A DNA stretch of 64,000 bases from a virus, in IMG/VR virus record IMGVR_UViG_3300006928_000001, positions 1-64,000 of that record, one strand, 5' to 3'. A model generated the notes under the pieces. It was not told the origin of the DNA. It did no database searches and saw only the letters and a program-made list of their open reading frames with translations. Positions 1 to 9,534 of the stretch are shown one piece after another. The stretch's first letter is position 1. The number at the start of each line of letters is the position of its first letter. A program made the position numbers and the translations under genes.

Positions 1-2019
1 TCCAGCGATCATAGAGATCGTTCCAGTTGGGGCGACCGAAGTTACGCACGTATTGGTTGCGTATTCACCAGCTTGAGTTCGCTTAATGAGCGAATTCCAA
101 CGGTCTAGATGACTCTGAGGACAGCCGTACTTAACGGCATTCTTCAAGCGCTCACGGTAAATGGCAACCATGCGCTCTGCGTTCCAACCAAGTGGCTTCT
201 TCCTTCCATCCTTGGCCAACTTGAATGACCCTTCCCAACACGTAAGAGCAATCTCTCCCATAGTAGTAGCTGCAAACCGTTCAGCATCAGCCGACCCGTA
301 CGGAATATGAAACGACATTAGCGCTTCAGCCAGTCCCATTACTCCTACACCGACCGTACGAAAATGATCATGCGTCATCATATCAATGTATCCAACAGGG
401 GCGACGTTATGCTCCATCGCATCATTGATATAACGAATAGCTACATCAGCACACTCGTTCATTTTCTTCAAGTAGCTACTAAACGCAGAGCTATTGACGA
501 TGGTGTTGAATGACATACTCCAAGAGTCACCAAACTGCATCTTCAACAGGTCATTAGCTTCTAGTGCCGCAAGACGTGCGTTAAGACTAGCCAGGTTACA
601 GCTGCCGCCAGCTGAGTTAACGTACTCAGAGCAAGGATTGCTAAGACGAGGACCATACACTCGGCTATCAACCGGCTGAAACCGTTCATACGTGTCTTCA
701 AACACGAGCCCAGGGTCACCAGAATTCCAAGCGTTTTCAACGATAAGCTGCCAGACCTGGCGCGCTTTGATGGGCCCATGGAAGTTTCCAATAGCGGCGT
801 TGATGATCTTGCGGTAGAACCTAGCATAATCCGTGTCACGCCACTGATTCTTGTTGGGCTTGAGATTTTCGCGCAATCCTTCCCATGTTGTAATGACTAC
901 GCCATACCTGTAGTGAGCATCATCCATGTCAGTAACAGACGTAATCTCTACGTCCGTCATAGATTGATCAACAAGAAATACCGTTCCATCCCCGTAATCC
1001 TTAAGACCTTCACCATACGCATCTGTCTTGGTCCAAGGGAATTCGTCTCCCTTGGGTGGATCAGCTGAATACCAGTGGAACACCCAATTGTCGTCGTTAT
1101 CTACAGCCTCAAACAGTGCGTCTGGAACGCGCACAGACACGTTACAGTTCTGCATAGGGAGGTCCCAGTCCCTATTGGCTTCTCGCCAGCTGGCAAGGTT
1201 CCAGTCGTAGACCATAGGAATAACTGGGCCTTGAAGGCCGTTAAACTTGAGAACTCCAGCATCGGCCATGATAGCAATTACGCCATCATCAGTACCATAT
1301 GCATCATGGACAGCCATTGGACGAGGCCAATCCTTGTCGAGCACGAACTTAGACGAGAACAGCATGATGACCCGTTCAACACCGAGTCGTTGCTCTTCAG
1401 TCAAGTCCTGGTGTGACTCGACGACGGACTTAGCATTAGTTGCCCAGTCGTCTAGCCAACCAAGACTCGTGGGGCGCTTAGCAAGCACGAATTCAATTGT
1501 GTCAGGGTGCCATGCACTGAGCTGCAGCATCAATGCACCACGAGCGCGACCAGACCCGGTGATATATCCAGTGGTTCCTTCAACCCGGCGAGCAGGACCT
1601 CCAAAACACATACTGCCCATGGCACCTTCAGAGCAGTGGCGAATCATTGTTCCGCGAGGACGAGTTTCGTTGAGCAAAAGACCGAATCCACCACTAGCAA
1701 CGTACGCGTCTTCGGCGTCACTGTCCGCCTGACGGAACTGCTTCAGTGTATCACCCATTCGTCCCGTGAAGCAGGATGAACCGTTACGCGGGAAACGACG
1801 AATTGCCCCGTAATTCCACAACTGTGGACTCGACGGGATGACCTTCCCGCTAATCATCATCTCAGCGTACTCTTCCTGGTCTTCGACGTTAGTCGCCACG
1901 GTATTAGCAACCCGTCGAAATACGTCTGTCCATCCGTATTCATCCTTGTCACCGGGGTTTTGGTATCGCCCAAGAAACAATTCCTCTTCGTATTGAGAGA
2001 TGAACTTAAACTCTTTCAT
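1..2019 (-). CDS. nrdJ: Ribonucleotide reductase large subunit, probably class II (B12-dependent); truncated at window edge
   Basis: Not in the ORF track; translated by hand from ATG at 2019. Contains PSSPQLWN, SSCF, GGFG, NCNVSV, NPCSEY (finger-loop Asn/Cys/Glu), CNLASLN and GVGVMGLAEAL. No ATP cone and no intein seen. Confidence 0.88.
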   Translation of the reverse strand, partial: MKEFKFISQYEEELFLGRYQNPGDKDEYGWTDVFRRVANTVATNVEDQEEYAEMMISGKVIPSSPQLWNYGAIRRFPRNGSSCFTGRMGDTLKQFRQADSDAEDAYVASGGFGLLLNETRPRGTMIRHCSEGAMGSMCFGGPARRVEGTTGYITGSGRARGALMLQLSAWHPDTIEFVLAKRPTSLGWLDDWATNAKSVVESHQDLTEEQRLGVERVIMLFSSKFVLDKDWPRPMAVHDAYGTDDGVIAIMADAGVLKFNGLQGPVIPMVYDWNLASWREANRDWDLPMQNCNVSVRVPDALFEAVDNDDNWVFHWYSADPPKGDEFPWTKTDAYGEGLKDYGDGTVFLVDQSMTDVEITSVTDMDDAHYRYGVVITTWEGLRENLKPNKNQWRDTDYARFYRKIINAAIGNFHGPIKARQVWQLIVENAWNSGDPGLVFEDTYERFQPVDSRVYGPRLSNPCSEYVNSAGGSCNLASLNARLAALEANDLLKMQFGDSWSMSFNTIVNSSAFSSYLKKMNECADVAIRYINDAMEHNVAPVGYIDMMTHDHFRTVGVGVMGLAEALMSFHIPYGSADAERFAATTMGEIALTCWEGSFKLAKDGRKKPLGWNAERMVAIYRERLKNAVKYGCPQSHLDRWNSLIKRTQAGEYATNTCVTSVAPTGTISMIAG

Positions 2020-2048
2020 TGTCGTTTTCTCCGACGCGTGAAGAAAGT

Positions 2049-2073
2049 AGCGGGTCGTCTATGACGACCCGCT
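2049..2073 (-). terminator. 11-bp hairpin in the RNR leader (terminator or attenuator)
   Basis: agcgggtcgtc-tat-gacgacccgct, followed on the minus strand by actttctt. Confidence 0.55.
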
Positions 2074-2151
2074 TATATTTGTGGTGGGAAGGTACTTTAG
2101 TATAGTACCTCTTATGTATGTAGCGGTCCAACTACGCTCATCGGACGACTT

Positions 2152-3573
2152 CTATCCAGGTCGCCCGATAAGAACATCATTGAAGTTTACGATCTCATCG
2201 ATAAGAACTGCCATCCATGTATCGTGGTACTTAATCGTTGTAGCAACCTGCTGTGCTACGCGCCTGTACGCAGGATGGCCCTGTGGAGTAGTGCGCAGAC
2301 CGAGAAGATGTACCAATTCACGTACATTGACCTTCCAAAGTACCTTGACCATTGTTGCCATTGGGCATGCATACTCTAGTGCATCAGACCCGAAGTCACG
2401 CAACTTTTCCATCCGCGTATCAGACGCCTTAAGTGCAATCTCCCGTTCACGAAACACATCAATTAGTCTCGGCTCTTGAATCGGAGACCTGAAGATTGGA
2501 TCACACCCGTATCCTCCTACAGGGTCGATATACGAACACAGTTGAGTCATCATTCTATGGCGCCCGAGATCACGATGAATAGCGATTGGCATGATCACTT
2601 CAAACCAGTACTCAGCTAGTTCAGCATCTCTAGCTGGTACCTGATGGTGTCCTCTATCATGCGTCCATCGACGCACAAGATCAAGACAATTTACTCCAGT
2701 GACTTGTTCAACCAACGGCCAATCAGGGGATTTGAGTAGCTTTACCCGTGTATCGGTGCTGAAGCCACGCCCAGCATCGAACATCTTCATCCCTGGGAGC
2801 TTGAACTTAGGACTGCAGCCAGTACTCAACGGGGTGGCAAGTACAGGGAAAACTTCAGTCGCAACGTTGGACAGGTCATGAGCTAGAGCGACGATCTCTC
2901 CATGATCATCTTCTTTTCGCTTTTGCATCATCTCCTTGAAACCAGTAATGCTCGTAGAGATACCGAAACTTGTCTTTACAGACATAGGTAGTACATCACG
3001 TACCATGTCAAGACCACGTTTCTCAGTCGCATTCAGCCACCCCTTTTCGTTCTTAAACAGGTCTTGCTTATCAAACGGGAGAATGGCTCGTACAGCTTCT
3101 ACAGCTTTAGGTACAAGCAGGGTGTAGTCACGAATCAACTGTTCACAGTGATTTTGATAAGCAGTAACTCCATACATTTCTGGTGGAGTAACGAAACCAG
3201 CCTCGGAAAAGTTAACGTAACGAGTACTCTTTGAGGTTGCCGCGATAAGCCGTGCTTCAGTGAAATCACGCTCAGCAACCGCACTAGCTCCTTCTACGGC
3301 GAAATGGATAACAGCATGATCACTGACAGATTTATGACCATAGCCGATAGTTACTCGCTTATGAAACTCTCGTGCTTTTTCACTCGCGTTTTGCGCCAAC
3401 TCGGGCGGGTCAAGATGACCAGTATCAATCATGGACTGCAGTGTATCGCGTAAATTCTTCGGGTTGCGAGAAAATTTACCGAACAGCATAGCTACAACGT
3501 CTTCAGGCAGTCCTGAAACGATTTTCACGGTGTGGTCTGAGCTACTATGGATATAGTCTTCGGCCTTACGCAT
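2152..3573 (-). CDS. thyX: FAD-dependent thymidylate synthase, tandem two-domain form
   Basis: GYGHKSVSDHA and STRYVNF in domain 1; HRDLGRHRMM in domain 2; 473 aa. Confidence 0.85.
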   Translation of the reverse strand: MRKAEDYIHSSSDHTVKIVSGLPEDVVAMLFGKFSRNPKNLRDTLQSMIDTGHLDPPELAQNASEKAREFHKRVTIGYGHKSVSDHAVIHFAVEGASAVAERDFTEARLIAATSKSTRYVNFSEAGFVTPPEMYGVTAYQNHCEQLIRDYTLLVPKAVEAVRAILPFDKQDLFKNEKGWLNATEKRGLDMVRDVLPMSVKTSFGISTSITGFKEMMQKRKEDDHGEIVALAHDLSNVATEVFPVLATPLSTGCSPKFKLPGMKMFDAGRGFSTDTRVKLLKSPDWPLVEQVTGVNCLDLVRRWTHDRGHHQVPARDAELAEYWFEVIMPIAIHRDLGRHRMMTQLCSYIDPVGGYGCDPIFRSPIQEPRLIDVFREREIALKASDTRMEKLRDFGSDALEYACPMATMVKVLWKVNVRELVHLLGLRTTPQGHPAYRRVAQQVATTIKYHDTWMAVLIDEIVNFNDVLIGRPG

Positions 3574-4742
3574 TAAAACATGTCCTCTGGAACAATTTCA
3601 TCGTCAAGAGCAGAGCCAGCTCGCTCTACTGTATTACGTGCCGTTAGCAGACTAGGATTACGTAGTCCAGCCAGTCGATAGATACTGGAATAGAGATCAT
3701 CCTCATGATCCAGTTCAAGACGCCGTAGTGCAGCTGGAATATTGGCTAGATTGACTTGCGGGAACTTCAACTCCCCGTAGTCCATGGTATCGCACATCTC
3801 AACAAGGTTATAACACTTAACGATTTCCAAGCCGGCATGTCGGAGACTGATCTTGTCAGGGACATCGATGTCTCCTGGAATAGGCAACCCGTGCTTACGG
3901 GCGAATTCCTTCGCGAAAGTACAATTTTTTGGGTTGAGTGGTGATACCAACTTACGCCCTGCCCTAACGAACGCTCGATAGAGATTACGATCAAGGTCCT
4001 CCCAATCTACAAGGTCAGGCTCTTCACGCGCGGTGTCAATCAAGTCTGGAATAGTCTTCATTGCCTTGAGGCCTTTCGCTTCTCCAATCCCGATAAGTCC
4101 ACGGATGTTATCCCCACCGTCTCCCGCAATAGCCTTAACGTTAAGGTATTCTTGACCATAAAGGATGCCTAGAAGGGCGCATTGGTCAGGCGTCAAGATG
4201 ATACCCCTAAGAGAGCGTCGCATCAAATGGATATGCTCATCTACTAGCTGAAGGTAGTCCTTGTCATCGGAGAAAATGAGACATGTTTGATCGTGGCAAG
4301 CAACTTCACGCGAGATGGTGGCAACCATATCATCTGCTTCGCAGCCATCAACCATGACTTGAGCTACACCCATGCTAGTTAGTAGCGGGCTAAGCTCCTT
4401 CATGATTACACGAACTTCCGGTCGATTGATTACGCTACCGCGTCCGTGCTTGTACCACGGATGAATACCCCGCCGAAACGCACGATTGTCATGACCATCC
4501 CAACAGACGATAACCTTAGCTCCGTCATCTACCAGACGACACAAACTGGCCAAGCAAACGATGAATACGTAAATGCCAGCGCGGACACGGTCTTCTGGCC
4601 GATCAAGCTTACGGTGACTTGCCCATGCTGTGGTCACAAGTCCACCACCATCAATGATAAGCCACTTATACGGCTTCGGCTTACTACTTGCAATTGGCTT
4701 TGTGGGGTCAGGTTCAAACAAGTCAAGTGGGTTAAAACTCAC
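3573..4742 (-). CDS. 5'-3' exonuclease / flap endonuclease (PolI N-terminal, T4 RNase H-like)
   Basis: IIDG, CWDG, YK..R, EADD, SDDKDYLQL, GDGGDNIRG..GIG motifs. Confidence 0.9.
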   Translation of the reverse strand: MSFNPLDLFEPDPTKPIASSKPKPYKWLIIDGGGLVTTAWASHRKLDRPEDRVRAGIYVFIVCLASLCRLVDDGAKVIVCWDGHDNRAFRRGIHPWYKHGRGSVINRPEVRVIMKELSPLLTSMGVAQVMVDGCEADDMVATISREVACHDQTCLIFSDDKDYLQLVDEHIHLMRRSLRGIILTPDQCALLGILYGQEYLNVKAIAGDGGDNIRGLIGIGEAKGLKAMKTIPDLIDTAREEPDLVDWEDLDRNLYRAFVRAGRKLVSPLNPKNCTFAKEFARKHGLPIPGDIDVPDKISLRHAGLEIVKCYNLVEMCDTMDYGELKFPQVNLANIPAALRRLELDHEDDLYSSIYRLAGLRNPSLLTARNTVERAGSALDDEIVPEDMF

Positions 4743-4975
4743 GGCACCTCCTCAAACGTATGAATTTTCTTTTCTCGTACAAACGTCTTCAAGACGATCA
4801 TACGACCAGTCTCGTCCATATCCTTCATGACCGTTTTCGGCACCCAGATTTGGGTATCGATTCCGGCTTCGGTGAAGTTAGTGGACGACACAAGAACCGC
4901 ATTCCACGATTCCATCACCATAGTGCAGTTTTGTACAACGACAAACTCAGAATTCTTCGTTTTCATTGATTTCAA
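4739..4975 (-). CDS. Hypothetical protein
   Basis: 78 aa, overlaps both neighbours in an operon-like arrangement. Confidence 0.5.
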   Translation of the reverse strand: MKSMKTKNSEFVVVQNCTMVMESWNAVLVSSTNFTEAGIDTQIWVPKTVMKDMDETGRMIVLKTFVREKKIHTFEEVP

Positions 4976-6950
4976 CCTCTGGAATTTCTGTACCCATCAT
5001 CATGATGAGCTCCTCTTCACTGATAACTGGTACACCGAGCTGTGCTGCCCGTTTCAGTTTGGACGTCCCAGCGTCTGGCTGATTACAAACCAGATGGGTT
5101 ACGTACCTCGATACACTAGACTTCACGTCACCACCGCACTGACGAATACGTGCTTCCATCTCTGGACGTCCACAAGACCTCAGACCGAGAGTGATACAGA
5201 ATGTCTTTCCATTAAGTTGCTTCGTTGGCTCGATGATGTAGACTGCATCGATCAGTGGCTTAATGATGTCATCCCAAGATGTGTCGATGTACGCCTTAAT
5301 CACCATCGCTCGTTTCGGTCCAATTCCATCCAACATCGACAATCTGTATCGACTTACTTCTTTCAGATCATCTGGGTCTGGGTACTCTGCAGCCACAACT
5401 CTCATGACAGACTTAGCACATCCGGGAATCCCTAGGCTACCAAGAAGATCACCCCAAGTGACGCGAGTTGATGAGGCGATATTGTCAATGATCTTATTAG
5501 CAGTTTTCATCCCCATATCGCCGTTACCCATCCACACCGTGGATAGCATAACTGGATCGAGACTATACAAATCAGCAGGCGTTTGCACCAAACCTGAACC
5601 CATGATTGCCATCGCAGTCGCGGGGCCAATACCGTCGATATTCATCTCTCTAATGAACTTCAACAGTAGACCAACGCTAGTCCCAGGGCACTCAGACGGA
5701 TCAGCGGAACATCTACGAGCGCTTCCGTCTTGTTCAATAGTGGCGCCGCAAGACGGGCATGAATCGGACGGTTCCCAGTGAATTTCAGCGGATTCTACGA
5801 CTTGTTCTACATGCGGAATAACATCACCGCGCCTAGATACAAGTACCTTTGCTCCAACACCAAGGCCGTGCAGACGCTCACGCATGAGAGTCGTGTTATG
5901 CCCAGTCGCTCTAACCACGTCGGCACCGATAAGCTTGACAGGGTCAAACTCAATTACTGGTGTAACGATACCAGTAAGCCCAAGCTGTTCGACGATTCCA
6001 CGTACGGTGGTTACCGCGGATTCCGGGTCAAATTTGATCTTGATAGAGCCGTTAGGTGTTTGGAATACCGTACCGTCAACCTGATACTTCAACTTATTCC
6101 GCTTTTCAGCGGCTTCATTCCTAGAGGCCCAAGCTTCAGTAATAGTCTGCTTGTTCACTACAGCGGGTTGAAATTTATTGATTGCTGGGCCAGTCATAAC
6201 TTGATTCATAGAGTCAAGCGAGGCGACTGAAAATAAGCTGTCATGCTTCTTTCCGTTAACCCCGAGCCCAAACGACCGTACTACCATTAGGGCTGCCCAT
6301 GCCGACGGGAGCTTTTTAGACCTGATCATTGCAACAGCGTTACGTGGAGACTTGTAAGCTCGTAGGTTATCTAGATCACGGTATTCATTCAACAGCTGTA
6401 GGTTGTTTTGAGAAATAACAACTTCGCCGTATACTTCGACGAAACCATCAAGTGGGATAGTCTTAGGTACGCCACTCATCATTCGAGCGTTCGCGATTAC
6501 GTCTTCACCACGATTACCATCTCCACGCAAAACAGCGTGTGTTAGGATTCTATCCTTATACTGTAGTTCGATACTGAGACCGTCGTACTTAAGACTGGAG
6601 TAACCCCAGTCTGACTCTAGATCGCTACAATGACTTTTCAACTCGTCTAGAGTTGTAGCGCACCTGGGCATACTTGGCATGTGGTGTCTGTGCTCAACTA
6701 CTGCCCAGTCAGTACCCTTAGGCGGTGGCGCTAGATTGGACACCTCAACACCATTACTTTCAAGATGCGACTTGACAGCATCGTACTCATCATCCGTGAC
6801 AGGAGATTCACCATCGGCGTAGTAGAGGTTACGCCAGCTAATGAGTTTGTCGTATAGAGCAGAAAGTTCAGCGTCCAAGTAGTTCTCCAACAGTCTTTGT
6901 ATTAGGTCGTGTGAATGAAACGCTATGCGGGTGTTCAGTGTCAGAACCAA
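4947..6950 (-). CDS. ligA: NAD+-dependent DNA ligase (true start probably slightly downstream)
   Basis: YY...TDDEYD, KYDG adenylation motif, RGDG..GEDV, OB domain with RRGDVIP, CPSC..C..C zinc finger, HhH repeats, C-terminal BRCT (GKTFCIT..SKLKRA..LGV). Confidence 0.95.
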   Translation of the reverse strand: MVLTLNTRIAFHSHDLIQRLLENYLDAELSALYDKLISWRNLYYADGESPVTDDEYDAVKSHLESNGVEVSNLAPPPKGTDWAVVEHRHHMPSMPRCATTLDELKSHCSDLESDWGYSSLKYDGLSIELQYKDRILTHAVLRGDGNRGEDVIANARMMSGVPKTIPLDGFVEVYGEVVISQNNLQLLNEYRDLDNLRAYKSPRNAVAMIRSKKLPSAWAALMVVRSFGLGVNGKKHDSLFSVASLDSMNQVMTGPAINKFQPAVVNKQTITEAWASRNEAAEKRNKLKYQVDGTVFQTPNGSIKIKFDPESAVTTVRGIVEQLGLTGIVTPVIEFDPVKLIGADVVRATGHNTTLMRERLHGLGVGAKVLVSRRGDVIPHVEQVVESAEIHWEPSDSCPSCGATIEQDGSARRCSADPSECPGTSVGLLLKFIREMNIDGIGPATAMAIMGSGLVQTPADLYSLDPVMLSTVWMGNGDMGMKTANKIIDNIASSTRVTWGDLLGSLGIPGCAKSVMRVVAAEYPDPDDLKEVSRYRLSMLDGIGPKRAMVIKAYIDTSWDDIIKPLIDAVYIIEPTKQLNGKTFCITLGLRSCGRPEMEARIRQCGGDVKSSVSRYVTHLVCNQPDAGTSKLKRAAQLGVPVISEEELIMMMGTEIPEVEINENEEF

Positions 6951-7176
6951 TCATCCACGCGATTAGTCTAGCGTGATTCATACCATCAGCAACAACGGGA
7001 ATCCAATAGTCGCCCCAAGGACAAGGATCGTCAGGGGCCTTTTCATCCGACAATCCACCTTGACTAACGAAGAAGTCAGCTTCTTTGACCATAGCGTGCT
7101 TACCATTACCGACATTTTCTCGTGGCAGTACGAAGTGAGTCGCACTTCTAATAGTATATGGCATTTCTGAATTCAC
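6868..7176 (-). CDS. Hypothetical protein
   Basis: 102 aa, translationally coupled to upstream gene. Confidence 0.6.
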   Translation of the reverse strand: MNSEMPYTIRSATHFVLPRENVGNGKHAMVKEADFFVSQGGLSDEKAPDDPCPWGDYWIPVVADGMNHARLIAWMIGSDTEHPHSVSFTRPNTKTVGELLGR

Positions 7177-7436
7177 GATTTACTCCTTACAACTTCTCTG
7201 ACTCGCTTGAACGCTTCATACAAATCGGTTTCAGTCCCATCAGTCGAATTCCATTCTTCATCATCTGGGTAGACTTTCCATTCCCACACAGAAGTTCCGT
7301 GACGATGGATTACTTTACCTGAATAATCGTTGTCTCCGACGTAGCGGAACCATGGCAGATACAACCCTCCTTCTTCGAAGTAAAAATCACTCGGAGGTTC
7401 AATTATTCCGCGTACGACATTGTACTCCCACTTCAT
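7173..7436 (-). CDS. Hypothetical protein
   Basis: 87 aa, AAGGAG Shine-Dalgarno upstream. Confidence 0.65.
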   Translation of the reverse strand: MKWEYNVVRGIIEPPSDFYFEEGGLYLPWFRYVGDNDYSGKVIHRHGTSVWEWKVYPDDEEWNSTDGTETDLYEAFKRVREVVRSKS

Positions 7437-7461
7437 GAACCAATCTCCTTAACGCCTATCC

Positions 7462-7507
7462 AATATAACACTAGGGGGCTACGAAAGAAATATTCGTAGC
7501 CCCCTAG
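7462..7507 (-). promoter_or_regulatory. Perfect 15-bp inverted repeat abutting an extended -10 element
   Basis: ctagggggctacgaa-agaaata-ttcgtagccccctag (7471-7507), immediately followed on the minus strand by TGTTATATT (7462-7470). Confidence 0.65.
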
Positions 7508-7530
7508 AAATGCGTTTGGTATCGCAAACT

Positions 7531-9534
7531 CTATCGACGATCACGTCTCGCAAGCTCATCGTATCTTGCGGGATCACGAACATCACGAATCCAGCGTTGA
7601 ATGTATGCCCAACCAAACCACAGCGACATGAGAAGATCTTTGTACATTGATCGTCCGCTTTGTCGAAGCTCATAGACAAGTTCATCTGCTAGTTCACGCT
7701 GCCGCGGGTTGCCACCAGCCCTGATAACGAACTTTCCACTTTCGAATGATGACGCCATACCAGGTACGCCATCCTCCAGGTCGTGTTTTTCTGCTCCAGT
7801 AATATGTGAAATTAGTGGGACTGATCCCCAGTGTTCTTCCATACCGAACTGAAAGATGACGCCTGCAGCATTCTGCTCGATAATCATTCCAGTCTGGCCT
7901 CTAGTCTCAACTCCTCCAGCTGGCATAACGTTATTGGTCCAAACGTCGTACATCCACTTCCTGTAAGCAGCATTACCAGTTAGCCCGCGGTCTCGATCGA
8001 TATAGAATACATCAAACTTGTCGTCCCATGTCAATCCAAGCCCGATGCCGGCCATCCATGCGGTTTTCTGATCTTTGCCCTTTTCTCGTGCCCATGCAGG
8101 GTCCCACGTATTCACAATGATCTGATAAGGGCCAAGCTGACCGGATAGTGGCTGAAGTGTTGGGTCAGCCATGGTTGCTAGCCTGAGCATCTCATCATTG
8201 GTTAGTGACACACGGATAATCGACCATGGAATAATACGCCTGGCAGAAGCTTGTGGTGGTGCCAAAGTATCGTTGTATGCTCGGTCTAGCCAATCTTTTT
8301 CGAACCAAGAAGTACTGTCGTCATGAGGTTCCTGCATGTACTCAGTCTGCCATGCCCAGTGACCAACACGACTTTTAAGTGTCGATAGAGCTTCTGGCGT
8401 AAACCTTGCGCCCCAGAATGAACAAGGCTCGATGGCTGTTGTACGCGCATCACACACTGGACAGTCCATTGGCCCAATTCTAGAAGCCGGCATGCCACAC
8501 ACATCACATCCAGGTCTATCTTGTACCGCCTTGAAGACAGACTTAGAGAACGTAGTACCTCTGTGACCGTTCATGACTTCCCACAGTAGGGCCAACTCAC
8601 CGATAACCGTACCATGAAACATGTAAATTGCGTTAGGATGACAAGCTGGTACGACACGGGTATCCCACCAGTCCCACATTTTGCGAGCCATGTCTTTCGT
8701 AGTCAAGAACTTTTCGTCGTCGCTATCATCAGAAATGATCGCGTCAGGTCGGTATTGTTTGTTCTTAACACCACGCAATGACTGCATGGCTCCACGCGCT
8801 ACTAGTCTAGCTCCGTTAGGCAGGATGAAGTCGTCCTTACTCCAGGTTCGAGTCTCCTGTCTAGTGGCTTTCTGCTTTCCAAAATCTTTGATCAGAAGTT
8901 CGTTGTCTTCAAGCTCACTTCTGATTTCAAATGCCCGTTCTGTGACCTGATTGCTAGTATTGCTGAGCAGCAAGATACACCTAGCCCTACCCGTAAGTAG
9001 TAGCCAGATAGACATAACCTCGCACAGCCATGTTGATTTGGCACCACCACGAGGAACGGCCGAAACAGTGCCATCGGCGAAATGCTTACCATCCCTCATC
9101 ACTAGCGAGTTATTCAACAGCCTGGTGGCTTGTTCGACCAGATAGAAGTGGATGTACGAAGATGCGACTTGTCGTTCTTCGTTATCCCAAGGCCCCATAG
9201 CTCCGCAAGTAGGACACATGATCAAAGTACGGTGGGGGACAGTATTACCGCAATTTCCGCATTGCGGATCGCGCGATACGAACTTGTGCCGCATGTAGCG
9301 TTGACCGAATACCCACGGGCGGTCAAACGCTTCAAGTCTTTGCATCTGGTCTACAAGACTGTCTAACTCTTTGACCTTAGAGTCAGACATCTTACCGGAC
9401 CTGGCTTCCTCTAGGCGTTCTTCCATCACACGCCAAAGGTCGTCCACATCTTTCAAGTTCAGTAATTCCGCGATCTCTAGAATCGCGCGCTTTCTGAGTT
9501 TTGGATCGCCTCCCCTTTCGAAGCCACCGTCCAT
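7531..9534 (-). CDS. terL: Terminase large subunit
   Basis: Walker A PRGGAKST, RG..YRPDAIISDD Walker B, GT motif C, WQTEYMQEP, RNase H-like nuclease (WDPA, IIEQN, KDLLMSLW). Confidence 0.9.
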   Translation of the reverse strand: MDGGFERGGDPKLRKRAILEIAELLNLKDVDDLWRVMEERLEEARSGKMSDSKVKELDSLVDQMQRLEAFDRPWVFGQRYMRHKFVSRDPQCGNCGNTVPHRTLIMCPTCGAMGPWDNEERQVASSYIHFYLVEQATRLLNNSLVMRDGKHFADGTVSAVPRGGAKSTWLCEVMSIWLLLTGRARCILLLSNTSNQVTERAFEIRSELEDNELLIKDFGKQKATRQETRTWSKDDFILPNGARLVARGAMQSLRGVKNKQYRPDAIISDDSDDEKFLTTKDMARKMWDWWDTRVVPACHPNAIYMFHGTVIGELALLWEVMNGHRGTTFSKSVFKAVQDRPGCDVCGMPASRIGPMDCPVCDARTTAIEPCSFWGARFTPEALSTLKSRVGHWAWQTEYMQEPHDDSTSWFEKDWLDRAYNDTLAPPQASARRIIPWSIIRVSLTNDEMLRLATMADPTLQPLSGQLGPYQIIVNTWDPAWAREKGKDQKTAWMAGIGLGLTWDDKFDVFYIDRDRGLTGNAAYRKWMYDVWTNNVMPAGGVETRGQTGMIIEQNAAGVIFQFGMEEHWGSVPLISHITGAEKHDLEDGVPGMASSFESGKFVIRAGGNPRQRELADELVYELRQSGRSMYKDLLMSLWFGWAYIQRWIRDVRDPARYDELARRDRR

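Noticed and set aside
2020-2151. Cobalamin riboswitch upstream of the RNR
   Set aside because: The region is too short and no B12 box is recognisable; only a simple hairpin is present.
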